Shown here: positions 48,923 to 61,214 of the stretch, piece after piece
How the letters are laid out: the number at the start of each line of letters is the position of its first letter
Position numbering within the stretch: the first letter of the stretch is position 1
Source of the DNA: Eledone cirrhosa
Taxonomy: Eukaryota
Reading direction: 5' to 3'
Assembly (NCBI GenBank): GCA_964016885.1
Contig: OZ024742.1
Span: 235,848,001-235,912,000, forward strand
DNA length: 64,000 nucleotides
Notes under the pieces: generated by a model
What the model saw: the letters and a program-made list of their open reading frames with translations, nothing else
Database searches by the model: none
What the model was told of the DNA's origin: nothing
Position numbers and translations under genes: made by a program

Positions 48923-49227
48923 CACGAGGCTCGATAAGGATAAATATATATCAAATATATAAGAACCCTAGAGCAAATCCCAAGCAACGCCGGGCCATTC
49001 TGCTAGTATCATCTAAAACTAGGTCGATATAAAGATAGATATTAATGGTATATAATAGTTTTTATGCAAGGGTTCCCAGAGACATGAAATCTATTTCAAG
49101 GGTTCTGAAAGGGCAAAAAGGTTGAGAAACGCTTCTCTATCTGGGCTCCTACATACCACATACCTTTGCACACCCCATTTCTCTTCTTCAAACATTCCAA
49201 CATATGTCACTTCACTAAAACAACTAT

Positions 49228-49260
<33 letters not shown>

Positions 49261-49262
49261 AC

Positions 49263-49332
<70 letters not shown>

Positions 49333-49687
49333 ACAAAAGAGACCGTCGTGGCTGGGCACACCTTAAGAAGATGAAGTGAATAACCGAATTAAGGTAGTAT
49401 GGCTGTAGTCACTACTCCCACATACTTTGTCTGTCTCATTCTTTCTCTCTTTCTCTCTCGTCCTCCACCTTCGCCAATGTCAATAAAGACTTGCCTCATC
49501 CCGTCTGTATTTTGTCTTCCTCCACCTTCGCCACTGCCAAAAAATAGCCCCTCACTCCCCAACATGACCGTCTTTAAAAAGGCCCAGAACTCTGCTATTT
49601 TAGGGGAGAGCAAGATTTAAACTATTTGTTGACATGCTCCGGGAGCTAAATAACCCATGAATCTAATCTGAACAAAATTGGATGGAA

Positions 49688-49729
<42 letters not shown>

Positions 49730-49756
49730 TGTGTGTGTGTACATGTGTGTGTGTGT

Positions 49757-49900
49757 GTATTTTGAACAACAAAAATAAAACAAAAGGCGAAGATAAGTTC
49801 TTAATTCATTGTTTTACGATCGTTTCCGAGGGTTGATCATGATAAATTAACTGATAGATAGGAATTATACCACCACCTATTTCTAGTCTGGATAACCTAG
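49757..49900 (-). mobile_element. 5'-truncated hammerhead-bearing fragment
   Basis: Minus strand: long stem then GAAA-CGATCG-TA-AAAC (49811-49826). No CTGANGA found upstream. Confidence 0.45.
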
Positions 49901-49952
49901 AACCACCACACCGTCTACCACAGATAAATAAATAAATAAATATATATATATT

Positions 49953-50188
49953 TATTTATTAAAATAACAGATTAAAGTTTAAGCAAAGAATCGCTGCTTT
50001 CACCCTTAGCGGGATCTTCTGAAACCTTTGAGTTTCAGAAGATCCCGTTAAGGGTGAAAGCAGCGATTCTTTGCTTAACATTTAATCTGTTATTTTAATA
50101 AATATTTGCTCTAGGCTTCTTATATATTTGATATATATTTATCCTTATCGAGCACTCTTTGGATTTTAGTCTTCACATTTATTATTAT

Positions 50189-50191
<3 letters not shown>
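49953..50191 (+). mobile_element. Fold-back element: 73-bp arms plus ~87-bp tail, hammerhead-like CAGAAGA...GAAA
   Basis: 49953-50025 pairs with 50032-50104. The tail is also found inverted at ~48929-48978. Flanked by (TA)n. Confidence 0.8.
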
Positions 50192-50263
<72 letters not shown>

Positions 50264-50705
50264 TATGTATACGTACATACATATATGTATACAGACGTAC
50301 AATAGTATGTATATATATGCATACATGCACACATATATATATGTACGTATGGATTTACCGGACATTTATTATAATGCTCGGTTTGTTTGTAAACAAACAT
50401 CCCGAATTAAGCCGTACAGTGTTTAGCAACAATCGTTGCCCTTTTGTTCAACACTGACAAAGGAACGATGTACTAGTTTGAAGCTTATTAGCTATCGTCA
50501 GCACCGTATACCTTCCTGCCAGATGATTGAACGTCTGAAAGTATATACTTTCCTTATGCATATTAACGGCTGAGCAGCCTAATTTGCATATCGAGTGAGT
50601 TAATCGGCCGGGCGCACCGAAAACGATAAATGGAGAAAATGAAACGAAATTTCATTTCTCACTCTTAGTACGGCTACTACTTAAATATAAGTGAAGCACC
50701 ACATT

Positions 50706-50906
50706 TTTTGTCAGGGCATTCTTCTAGGAGAAGGCAACTCAGGAAACTGGGATAACTCCGATATAAAACCTGCGGCTCAGTAGTTACCGATGATGTTGAT
50801 CTTTTCTTCTTTTCAGGTTATAGCTACTGTCGCTCAGAGAGTGGGATTGGCTCAGTGCACAGTCTTTCCTCACTTTAAAAAATATCTTCACGCACAGGCA
50901 TTGCAT
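50706..50906 (+). mobile_element. Diverged fragment related to the 51013-51620 retroposon
   Basis: Shares TTCTAGGAGAAGG, GATATAA.ACCTGC, ATGATGTTGA, AGAGAGTGGGA.TGGCT and CACAGGCATTGC with 51235-51410. Confidence 0.7.
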
Positions 50907-51012
50907 GATAGAATTAATTAATAATTATTAATAATGGTATATCGTGCAATGGCCATACTCGATAACGGGGGGTTCAGTCATCATGTATGTATGGATGTAT
51001 GTATGTATGTAT

Positions 51013-51620
51013 GTCAGGTCACCAGTTGGTGCTACTGGTAACATGTATCCCAGTACAACCTGTCTCATGGTCGGGTCGTTGGCGACTAAACTGGCAACCC
51101 CACCAATGTTTCTTGGTGAGGAGGGTGACTTTGGACATCCTGCAGGACTAAAAACAAAACCTGTCAAAGGGCAAAGGAGCTCTTAAGAGTCAATGGCCAT
51201 CCAAAATCACCGGGAGAGATGACCCCTTAGCCTTTGTCAAGGCAGAATTCTAGGAGAAGGAAAACTCTGATATAACACCTGCAACCCTGATGGTATCCAA
51301 TGATGTTGACTTGTTCTTCTTTTTGGTAAATATCATTTTGGTTAAGAGAGTGGGACTGGCTTTGTGCAGTGCCTTTGCTCACTATAAAAGCTTCACGGCA
51401 CAGGCATTGCTTTATATCTGGAGATCTCTCTGCACTTGTCATCACATGATACCATGGCCCCAGCACTATGTGTCAATAATTGTCACAAGTGTAGTGTTTG
51501 TACCAGAGTTTTCAAGTCGCTGGCTGGACTAAAAAGTCACACTCGTTCAGCGCATCGGTAGGGGTTCTTCTACATGGATATAAAGTAGTGGCCGTACTCG
51601 AAAACGAGTTGGCAGCCACC
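51013..51620 (+). mobile_element. Non-autonomous retroposon (RTE-like 5' region) embedded in (ATGT)n
   Basis: (ATGT)n on both sides. The 3' half is duplicated at 53695-53990 with the identical end GGCAGCCACC(ATGT)n. Partial HDV-like motif at the 5' end. Confidence 0.7.
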
Positions 51621-52511
51621 ATGTATGTATGTATGTATGTATGTATGTTTTCTCTTTCTCTTAATTTTGAGTATATTTTTTTGACCGGCCACCTTCCTGG
51701 TGGCAAGGTTGTAAAAGAAAAGAAATTGTCATCCCTTGAATCGCAAGAATGTTTTGCAAATTTTGAAGGTGCCAGCTATCGCAGCCATTTGTAGACTATG
51801 AATTAGGGAGCTGCGCTTTTTGTCCGCAAATCCAAGTTCAGTCATACTTTGGTCCAAGCGGGTTGTATGTATGTATGTATGTATGTATGTATGTATGTAT
51901 GTATGTATGTATGTATGTATATATGTATGTATGTATGTATGTATGTGTGTGTGTTGTATGTATGTTTTATGTGTTGTCTGTATGTATGTATGTATGTATG
52001 TATGTATGTATGTATGTATGTATGTGTGTGTATGCGTATGTGTATGTGTGTGTGTGTCTGTCTGTTGTATGCATCATATGTATATCTTGATGTACTGTGT
52101 CTATATTCATATGTGTATACTATGGGTCTTTTAGGTATTTAGTTCTTTCTCTTCTTCTTTATTTCTCTCGTTTCTATTGTCCTTTTCTTTCTCTTCTACA
52201 CATCAACGTATGTTTAAATGTTTGTCTACATATACGTGCATATCTATGTGTTTAAGTGTTTCTATACATTCATGTATATGTATATGAATGTAATGAAACA
52301 AGCGTGTATGTTTGTTTATGCATATATATGTGTTTGTGTAACCATGTTTGTATACATGTATGTATATGTATGTATATGTATGTGTATTTGCATATATATA
52401 TAAATGAAGTAATATATATATAAGCAAAAGGGATATTCAATTTGTTGGTAATTCAACAAACCGTTAAGGTATCTTTTCTTGGCTATGTCAAAATTTATAA
52501 AACACACTTTG

Positions 52512-52572
52512 TATTTTATCTGATGAAAGCGTACCAAAGTTTTGGTACCCTTGAAATATATATAACAGAATA
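52512..52572 (+). ncRNA. Type I hammerhead ribozyme (family of 493-557)
   Basis: TATTTTAT-CTGATGA(52520-26)-AAG.GTACCA/TGGTAC.CTT-GAAA(52553-56)-TATATA-TA-ACAGAATA. Stem II covaries relative to 493-557 and the downstream flank is the same. Confidence 0.8.
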
Positions 52573-52611
52573 AATATGGTTTTATAAATATAGTTTCCAT
52601 TTATTTAATAT

Positions 52612-52732
<121 letters not shown>

Positions 52733-52882
52733 AATATGTATGTATGCATGTTACAAACATACACACGCAAACACATGCACGCAAGCACACATTCACACAC
52801 ATATATATATGTATATACATGTGTGTGCGTGCGTGTGAGTGTGCGTGCGTGCATGTGTGTGAGTGTGTATGTTTGTAACATG

Positions 52883-52916
<34 letters not shown>

Positions 52917-53035
52917 AGTGTCCATGTATGTTTATGTGTGTTTGTTTATATTATTGTACGTTTGTTTGTGTGTGAGTATGTGTGTGAGTGTGAGTGTGAG
53001 TGTGAGTGTATATATATATATATAGTGACGAAACG

Positions 53036-53073
<38 letters not shown>

Positions 53074-53440
53074 CGTGTGTGTGTGTGTGATTGTGTGTGT
53101 GTGTATGAGTGTGCATGTATGTTTATGTGTGTTTGTTTATATTATTGTACGTTTGGTTGTGTGTGTGAGTGTGAGTGTGTATGTGTGTGTGTTTGAGTGT
53201 GTGTGTTTGTGTATGTGTATGCATGTGTGTGTATGAAAACCCAAAGGACTATTGGTTGATGAATACCATGTGAGTGTTCTGCACGTGTCTCAGTCCCCAA
53301 ACAACACAGATCTATCAGCGATATGTCTAACAGAGAACCCTCAGCTATTTAGGAGCACAGCTGAGGAGGTGGGACGGAGGAGGCGAAACTGTTAGAAGTA
53401 ATAAGTGGACCTTCCTCCTCAGATTCTAGCTTTTCATCTT

Positions 53441-54225
53441 TATGTATGTATGTATGTATGTATGTATGTATGTATGTATGTATGTATGTATGTATGTATG
53501 TATGTATGTGAGTGTGTATGTGTGTATGTGAGTATGTATGTATGTATGAATGTATGTATGTATGTGTGTATGTGTGTATGTATGTGAGTATGTGTGTATG
53601 TGTTTATGTGAGTATGTGTGTATGTGTTTATGTGAGTATGTACGTATGTATGTATGTATGTATGTATGTATGTATGTATGTATGTATGTATGTATTCTTT
53701 TTGGTAAATATCATCTTGGTTAAGAGAGTGGGACTGGCTTTGTGCAGTGCCTTTGCTCACTATAAAAGCTTCACGGCACAGGCATTGCTTTATATCTGGA
53801 GATCTCTCTGCACTTGTCGTCACATGGCCCAGCACTATGTGTCAATAATTGTCACAAGTATAGTGTTTGTACCAGAGTTTTCAAGTCGCTGGCTGGACTA
53901 AGAAGCCACACTCGTTGAGTGCATCGGTAGGGGTTCTCCTAACATGGATATAAAGTAGTGGCCGTACTCGAAAACGAGTTGGCAGCCACCATGTATGTAT
54001 GTATGTATGTATGTATGTATGTATGTATGTATGTATGTATGTATGTATGTATGTATGTATGTATGTATGTGTGTATGTATGTATGTATGTGTGTATGTAT
54101 GTATGTATATGTGTATGTATGTGAGTATGTGTGTGTGTGTGTGTATGTGTGTATGTATGTATGTATGTGTGTATGTATGTATGTATGTGTGTATGTATGT
54201 ATGTATATGTGTATGTATGTGAGTA

Positions 54226-54258
<33 letters not shown>

Positions 54259-54450
54259 ATGTATGTATGTATGTATGTATGTGTGTATGTATGTATGTAT
54301 GTACGTATGTGTGTGTCTATGTATGTTTGTATGTATGTGTGTATGTATGTATGTGTGTATGTATGTACGTATGTGTGTGTGTATGTATGTATGTATGTTT
54401 GTATGTATGAATGTAAGTATGTATGTATGAATGTACGTATGTGTGTATGT
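53441..54450. repeat. (ATGT)n/(GT)n microsatellite fields
   Basis: Direct reading. Interrupted by 53695-53990. Similar fields at 51864-52060 and 52617-53235. Confidence 0.9.
53695..53990 (+). mobile_element. 5'-truncated copy of the 51013-51620 retroposon
   Basis: Near-identical to 51318-51620. Confidence 0.85.
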
Positions 54451-56720
54451 TCTTCTGGTTTTATAATTTCACAAATTTTTACCAATAGAATTTGGAATTT
54501 ACACATTAACTAGGTAGATTATGTATGCATGCATGTGTAAATATGGATGTTATTGTATGTGTGGATGTGTATGTTTTGAGTTGTATGTGAGCATGTGTAT
54601 ATGCTTTTCATCTGTACATGTGTATATGCAGTTATTAGATGCAACATGTTTGGAATGTTTTACATATTTTTACTGTTCCATTAATGGATTGTACTTGTAA
54701 TTTCCTAACTAGTTGTGTTCTTTCTGTTCCTGTGAAGCCTAGCTTCTCAAGATTTATATTTTAGGCAGTTACTAACATATCCCAGTGCTCCAATAATCAC
54801 AGGCATAAATCTGAAGGTATAATCAGGGTGGAGTATCTGCAGATTTCTCATCAGTTCTGCATAAATATTCTCCTTTTCGCTAATCTTTGATATTATATTG
54901 GCATCTGCTGGGCAGCTAATTTCCACTACTGTGCATGTTTTCTTCTCCCTGTCCCATATCATATCTGGTCTGTTATGCCTGCATTTTATTGGGGTTTTTA
55001 CTGGAACATTCCACCAGTACTCTTTCATATTATGTATATGGATATCTTCCACATTGCTGTAGCTTTTAATGTGTTTATTATCGGTGCTATCTTTTTTTAC
55101 GAACTGCATTGTGGAGTGTTTTGGCCACTACATCATGCCTCATAGGTAGATAGTACCGCGATGACATCTTTGGACAGCTGCTGATGACATAGGTGATATC
55201 CTCGATGTTAGTTCTGCAGAGTCTGCACTTGTTAACACATCTAGGTGTTTTGCCTGCATCCCTATCTCTTTTGTGAACCAGGTATTTTGTGTTAATCTCC
55301 TGTTCTTGGATTTCAAAAGCGTATCCTTCAAAGTGGGAGCCAATATAGCGGTTGTTGGTCCAAGATAGACTTTCCTTATCTATATTACTCTCGGCATCAT
55401 ATCTATGCATGATTTTTTGCTGATAAGCATGCAGTTTTTCATCCATGTATTCACTGCGATACTGCTGAGCGACTTCTCTGGGTGTGAGTTTTTGATTATC
55501 ACACAGGGAATATCTCTCGAGGAGTTCCTTCCCAACTCTCATGAGCTTATCTGTTTCATGCAGATAGACTTGCTCGAGAAACGGGCTCCTACGCTTCGAG
55601 GTTCGTAGATGTTGTCGGAGAGATATGATGCGACATTCAAATGTTGTCTGGACTGATGTTAGGCCTCTACCTCCCTGCTTACGTTTCAAGTAAAGGCGGT
55701 CTATGTCACTGTTGATGTGGAGGTTTCCGGTGTTGTTTAGTATTTTTTGAGTTCCAACATCAACTACTCGGATTTCGTCTATCATCCAATTGAGTATTCC
55801 AAACGTTGGTGCTAGGACAGGCACAGCAAACACATTGTGAGCCACTGTTTTGTTTTGCGTAGAGATTCCGATGACCAGATCTTTCTTAATCGGGTGTAGT
55901 ATTCCCTGGTTACACGTTCTTTATTACAGATACCATTATAGGATATGTTCTCTTCTATCCCCAGGTATCTGTAGCAGTCTTCATCAGATATCGGTGAAAC
56001 AGTTAGGCCATTGATGACAATGTTGCTAGATTGGGTTGTTGTTTTTCCCCGCTTTACAGTCATATATGAGCATTTATCTTGGCCAAACTATATTCCTATA
56101 TCCTTTGAGAACGTTGTAACCAGGTCAAGACTTTTCTTCATCCCATCCATGTTCTTGGCATAGAGTTTCAGATCGAATACAAAGAAATAGTGGGTTAGGT
56201 TCGTATTTCTATCCTCCTGTGAGCCAATGATGTATCCCTCACATTTCTTGAGCAGAAAGGACAAGGGGTTTAATGACAAGATGAATAATATCACAGAGAG
56301 ACTGTCTCCCTGAAATATACACCTGCAATATTTTATTTTATCAGTGAAAATAGAGTCCCCCCTCTCTGTATTTAACCTTAGGATAGTATCCAAAGAAGAA
56401 GACAACCTCTCTATGGTTCTGACAATAATGTCTGGGACTTTAGCAAGTTGGAGGGCCTCTATCATCCAAGAGTGGGGAACAGAATCGAAAGCTTTCCTGT
56501 AGTCCAGCCAGACTAGCTATATTCCTCCTATGTTGTCGCACCTCCGACATCGCAGTTTTGTTGATTAGGAGTTGTTCAGCACATCCCCAAACCCCTTTCT
56601 TTCCAGCTGCTTGTTCATCTGTGATGATGTTATTATTTTCACAGTGATCTTGGAGGAATAGGTTCAGGCTGTATACATCTTATACATCAGGTTCTGGCAT
56701 GCAATGGGTCGGTAAGTTTT
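54451..56720 (-). mobile_element. 5'-truncated, frameshifted R4/Dong-like non-LTR retrotransposon (RT plus restriction-like endonuclease)
   Basis: Minus-strand motifs YRPIACQN, DYRKAFDSVPH, IFQGDSLS, FVFDLKLY (decayed DD), GGRGL, CRLC..E..SSC knuckle, RHDVVA, RPD..VVEIS.P..K..EK..Y. ORF stop at ~54635. The 3' UTR runs into (CATA)n. Confidence 0.9.
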
Positions 56721-57112
56721 GCCTGTGTATGCTTATATTCTTTTACAGATTTCAAAAATCAAACTGCGGTCGTCATACACATACAAGCGCGCAGTTACAC
56801 ACACACATATATATATATACATACAAACATATATACACACACACACACACATACACACAAGCAACATACGAAACACGTACATGCATGACTAGTTGGACCC
56901 AGGGAAAGATGTTTTGAGGAGTGGGGTGGATATATTTGTAAGGGATTACAAGCAATGTCTGACGCAGCAAGTGAACGGGTTTCTGATTCCGCAGAAGAAA
57001 TAGAAACTTTTCCGTCGCGAAATTTTTGCTAATTTGTGTCTTTTAGTAAATAAATAAAAAGAAGTCTTAGATAGGTTTCAGTTGATGAGATGGGACTTTA
57101 AAGGGGAGGCAT

Positions 57113-57216
<104 letters not shown>

Positions 57217-57263
57217 TAAAAGAGAAAACACAGGTAAGCATTAAGAGAAGGATTTTATCCAGG

Positions 57264-57365
57264 TATTTACGACCGTTTCATTGGTAAGTGCAACCTTATA
57301 TTGCTATACTGCAAATAGCAGCCACTCAATTATAATTGTTGTTCACAGTCCAATGTTTCAAAATA
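57264..57365 (-). ncRNA. Degenerate hammerhead with extended stem II
   Basis: Minus: TATT-TTGAAAC-ATTGG...CCAAT-GAAA-CGGTCG-TA-AATA. The 5' core is non-canonical. Confidence 0.45.
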
Positions 57366-57699
57366 GTGAGTAAGTTACTCTTGAAATAATTCTTAATATA
57401 TAGAGAAAAACATTTATTTGGAATTGTATTTACTAGTATATAGAGAGAGGAATCAGGAGGTGAGGGGACAGACGCAATAGTATAGAGAGAGAGAGGAAGG
57501 GGGAAGAGGTAGGAAGTAGAGTGACAAACTGAGATGCAGGGAGGGGTAGAGGTGGAAGGACTCCTTGGTCAGTTTTGATAGTAGACTTCATGTCGTGGAA
57601 TGTAGTGAGTTAAAGAGAATTAAATTGATCATAGTGGGAAGGATGGATAGAGAGGGAGAAAGGCAAAGAAGGGGGTGAGAAAGAAGAAAAGAAAAGATA

Positions 57700-57758
<59 letters not shown>

Positions 57759-57885
57759 TTAGGGTAAATATTGATGCAATTCAATTCAAGCAATCAACGT
57801 ACTTATTCCACATAGGAGTGACGGAGTAAATATCGAATAAGGAAAAGCGAGGTAGTTTCAGATGTTCAAGTCCTTTAATAATAAT

Positions 57886-57959
57886 GCTGTGATATATATT
57901 TCAATGGCGACAGTGGCCATACTGTTCTGTGCGCCAGTGCCGCGACATCGTCAGACAGC
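57886..57959 (-). ncRNA. Type I hammerhead ribozyme with extended stem II
   Basis: Minus: GCTGT-CTGACGA-(GCGGCA/TGTCGC, TGGC/GCCA)-GAAA-TATATA-TC-ACAGC. Confidence 0.75.
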
Positions 57960-58970
57960 TTGTTACATAATAAGGTTATGTTTCCGAGGCAATCCAAATT
58001 GAATCGACATGGGAATGGACGAAGTGTGTGCTCTTGGGTTCTTCATCCGTTCCCTTGTGTGTACATATATATATACAAATTTTAGTACAGCATTAACGAA
58101 GCTTTAGGCTGCGGCTAAGCTAACGGATGCAGATTCGGAATACAGCTTAGCACTCGATGGAGAATAATACCCCAGAGTTATAACAATACGTTTAGACAGC
58201 TTTTCAAATCAAATATAGCGACCGGCAGTCCAGCCGCATTGCCATAGCAAAGAAAAAATCTGAACGCAGGGAAAGATTTTGACTGACCTGGACCATCACG
58301 TGGACATCGAATGCAACACACAACGCATATCGTATAGCATACAATATACATCACATATAACATACAACATCCACGCTAGGTTTCTGTAAATCCGAGATCG
58401 ACTAATTCCGTTGGCAGGGGTCTGCAAGTTAATGGCCTTTGACGACAGAACAATATATATATTGGAAAATGTGTGGAATCGTTGGTACGGTTAGGTATAT
58501 TTGAAAAAAGGAAAAGAATGATTTCACTTGTAGTTCTAAACAATTTAATTTTATAATATTATAATTTTATAATTTGGTTTTGTAGATCAAGTAAGTTCTT
58601 TGTTAACTTTGGTGGGAAGATTTGTTTAAAGATTCTTGGTTAACTTTCCTGGAGAACTTTCTCCCATTCGTCGATGGCCAATGTCAAACTGAGCTCAGGT
58701 TGTGTTGTAATGTGTGATCTATATATAAGAGATCTGGGTGTGTCTGGGGTGGGGTTTCAATTAACTTTATTTAAATAGAATTCTAGTTACATAATATAAT
58801 TCTAGTTATGTCGCTTGCTTTATTTTATTTTTAATTCTTAGAAAATAATTAGTTTATTCTTCAAAATTAAACTCTCTCCTTTAATTTTTAGTTAATATAG
58901 TTATCTCCACTTTCTGGGCTTATCCCCCTTCCCTCGATTTAATTAATTATTTCTCTAATTATTCCTTCTT

Positions 58971-60445
58971 CGGTTAAGTTTATGGTTAAGTTTAGGGTTA
59001 AGTTTAGGGTTAAGTTTACGGTTAAGTTTACGGTTAGGGTTAGAGTTAAGTTAGAGTTAAGTTTAGCTTTAGGGTTAGGGTTACGGTTAGGGTTAAGTTT
59101 AGGGTTAAGTTTAGGGTTAAGTTTAGGGTTAGGGTTAGGGTTAGGGTTGGGGTTGGGTTGTGGTTAGGGTTAGGGTTAGGGTTACGGTTACGGTTAGGGT
59201 TAGCGTTAGGGTTAGGGTTAGGGTTAGGGTTAGGGTTATGGTTAGGGTTAGCGTTAGAGTTAGGGTTAGGGTTAGGGTTAGGGTGCGTTATGGTTAGTGT
59301 TAGCGTTAGTGTTAGTGTTAGGGTTAAGTGTTAGGGTTAGGGTTATGGTTAGGGTAGCGTTAGGGTTAGGGTTAGGGTTAGGGTTAAGGGTTAGAGTTAG
59401 GTTAAGGGTTAGGGCAAGGGTTAGTGTTAGGGTTAGGGTTAGGGTTAGGTTTAGGGTTAGGGTTAGGGTGAGGGTGTAGGGTTAGGGTTATGTTAGCGTT
59501 AGCGTTACGGTTAGGTTTAATGTTAGGGTTAGGATTAGGGTTAGCGATAATGTTAGAGTTAGGGTTAGTGTTACGGTTACGGTTAGGATTACGGTTAGCG
59601 TTAGGGTTAGGGTTAGGGTTAGCGTTAAGGTTAGAGTTACCTTTAGTGTTACGGTTAGGGTTAGGGTTATGGATAGGGTTAGGATTAAGGTTAGGGTTAG
59701 GGTTAGGGTTAGGGTTAGGGTTGGGGTTAAGGTTAAGTTGAAGGTTAGCGTTAGGGTTAGTGTTCGTGTTAGGGTTATGGTTAGGATTACGATTTGGGTT
59801 ACAGTTAGGGTTATGGTTAGGGTTAGGGTTAGTGTTAGCATTACGGTTAGTGTTAGGTTAGCGCTAGGGTTAGTGTTAGGGTTAGGGTTAGGGTTAGGGT
59901 TAGAGTTAGGTTTAGGTTTAGGGTTAAGTTTAGCGTTAGGTTTAGTGTTAGGTTTAGGGTTAGGGTTAGGGTTAGAGATTGTGTTAGTGTTAGGGTTAGT
60001 ATTAGGGTTAGGGTTAGGTTTAGGGTTATTGTTAAAATTAAGGTTAGGGTTAGGATTAGTGTTAGTGTTACGTTTAGTTTTAGGGTTAGGGTCAGGGTTA
60101 GGGTTAGAGTTAGGGTTAGGGTTAGGGTTAGGTTTAGGGTTAGGGTTAATATTAGGTTTAGGGTTAGGGTTAATATTAGGTTTAGGGTTAGTGTTAGGCA
60201 TAGGTTTGGGTTTAAGGTTAGGGTTAGTGTTAGGGTCAGTGCTAGGGTTAGTGTTAGGGTTATTATTAGGGTTAGGTTTAGGAATAGGGTTAGGGTTAGG
60301 CTTAGGTTTAGGCTTAGGTTTAGAGTTAGGGTTAGGATCACGGTTAGGGCTACGCTTAGGTTTAGGGTTATGGTTACGGTTAGGGATAGGGTTACGTTTA
60401 GGGTTAGGGTTAGATTTAAGGTTAGGATTACGGCTAGGGTTAATA

Positions 60446-60478
<33 letters not shown>

Positions 60479-60962
60479 TGTTTAACGCTAGGGTTAATGT
60501 TAGGTTTAGGCTTAGGGTTAGGGTTAGGTTTAGGGTTATGGTTAGTGTTAGGGTTAAGATTAGTGTTAGTGTTAGCGTTAGGTGTAGGGTTAGTGTTAGG
60601 TTTAGGGTTAGGGTTAGTGATTATTTTATGGTTAGGGTTAATATTAGGGTTAGGGTTAGGGTTAGGGTTAGGATTACCGTCAGGGTTAGTGTTACGGTTA
60701 AGTATAATTTTAGGGTTAAGGTTACGGTTACGTTTAGTGTTAGGGTTACTTTTAGGGATATGGTCAGACTTAAGGTTTCGGTTAAGATTAGGGTTATTGT
60801 TAGGATTAGGCTTAAGCCTAGGTTTAAGTTTAGGGTTAAGTCTAGTGTTAAGTTTAGGGTTATGTTTAGGGTTAGGGTTAGGGTTAAATTTAAGTTTAGG
60901 GTTAAGTTAATATTTAGTGTTAGGGTTTCAGTTTAGGGTTACCTTTAGGGTCAACTTTAGGG
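58971..60962 (+). repeat. Degenerate interstitial telomeric repeat (TTAGGG)n, ~2 kb
   Basis: TTAGGG with variants TTAGTG, TTACGG, TTAGCG, TTATGG, TTAGAG, TTAGGT, TTAAGT. Non-telomeric DNA on both sides. Confidence 0.95.
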
Positions 60963-61210
60963 TTCGAAAATGGACTGAAGTTCACACTCATTCCGAAAGC
61001 AGATCAAGCCGCCCTTATAAAAAACTCAGAAGATTTTTGTCGAAAATTATGTATTGGAGAATTCTTCCAGGGTGAGTAGGAAAAACAAAAAAGAACTTCA
61101 ACCCCCCCCTTAAATATAGACAAACACCTGGAAGGGTATATAAATTTCCTACGAGGATCGGCACAATCAAATATTGCAGAGACGAAACACAAACGAACAT
61201 CAAACTATCC
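60963..61210 (+). pseudogene. Penelope-like retroelement ORF fragment (pre-RT N-terminal region)
   Basis: Manual translation FENGLKFTLIPKADQAALIKNSEDFCRKLCIGEFF, then after a frameshift KNKKNFNPPLNIDKHLEGYINFL. This fits the PLE KGLKF.P.P...F.RKLRL.E.F motif. Confidence 0.7.
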
Positions 61211-61214
61211 TATA

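Larger units (their letters stand above)
47429..49005 (+). mobile_element. Helitron-like non-autonomous element (outer)
   Basis: 5' A|TC start followed by CTGTCCGTCTGTCCGTC. 3' GCAACGCCGGG...CTAG|T end. Pairing of these two ends is inferred. Confidence 0.5.
47231..49134. mobile_element. hAT (Charlie-like) non-autonomous element expanded by nested insertions
   Basis: TIRs CAGCGTTTCTCAACC and GGTTGAGAAACGCTT. Flanks CTCTCTCT and CTCTATCT (7/8 match, 8-bp TSD). Subterminal GGAACCC/GGGTTCC motifs. Confidence 0.75.

Noticed and set aside
49335-49620. Short Pro-rich ORFs and a weak LINE-like W.HLKKM motif
   Set aside because: Too short and low-complexity to assign.
58982-60936. LG/VR/NP-repeat ORFs
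   Set aside because: Translations of TTAGGG repeats.
58971-60962. True chromosome end
   Set aside because: The array is degenerate and followed by 3 kb of ordinary repeats.
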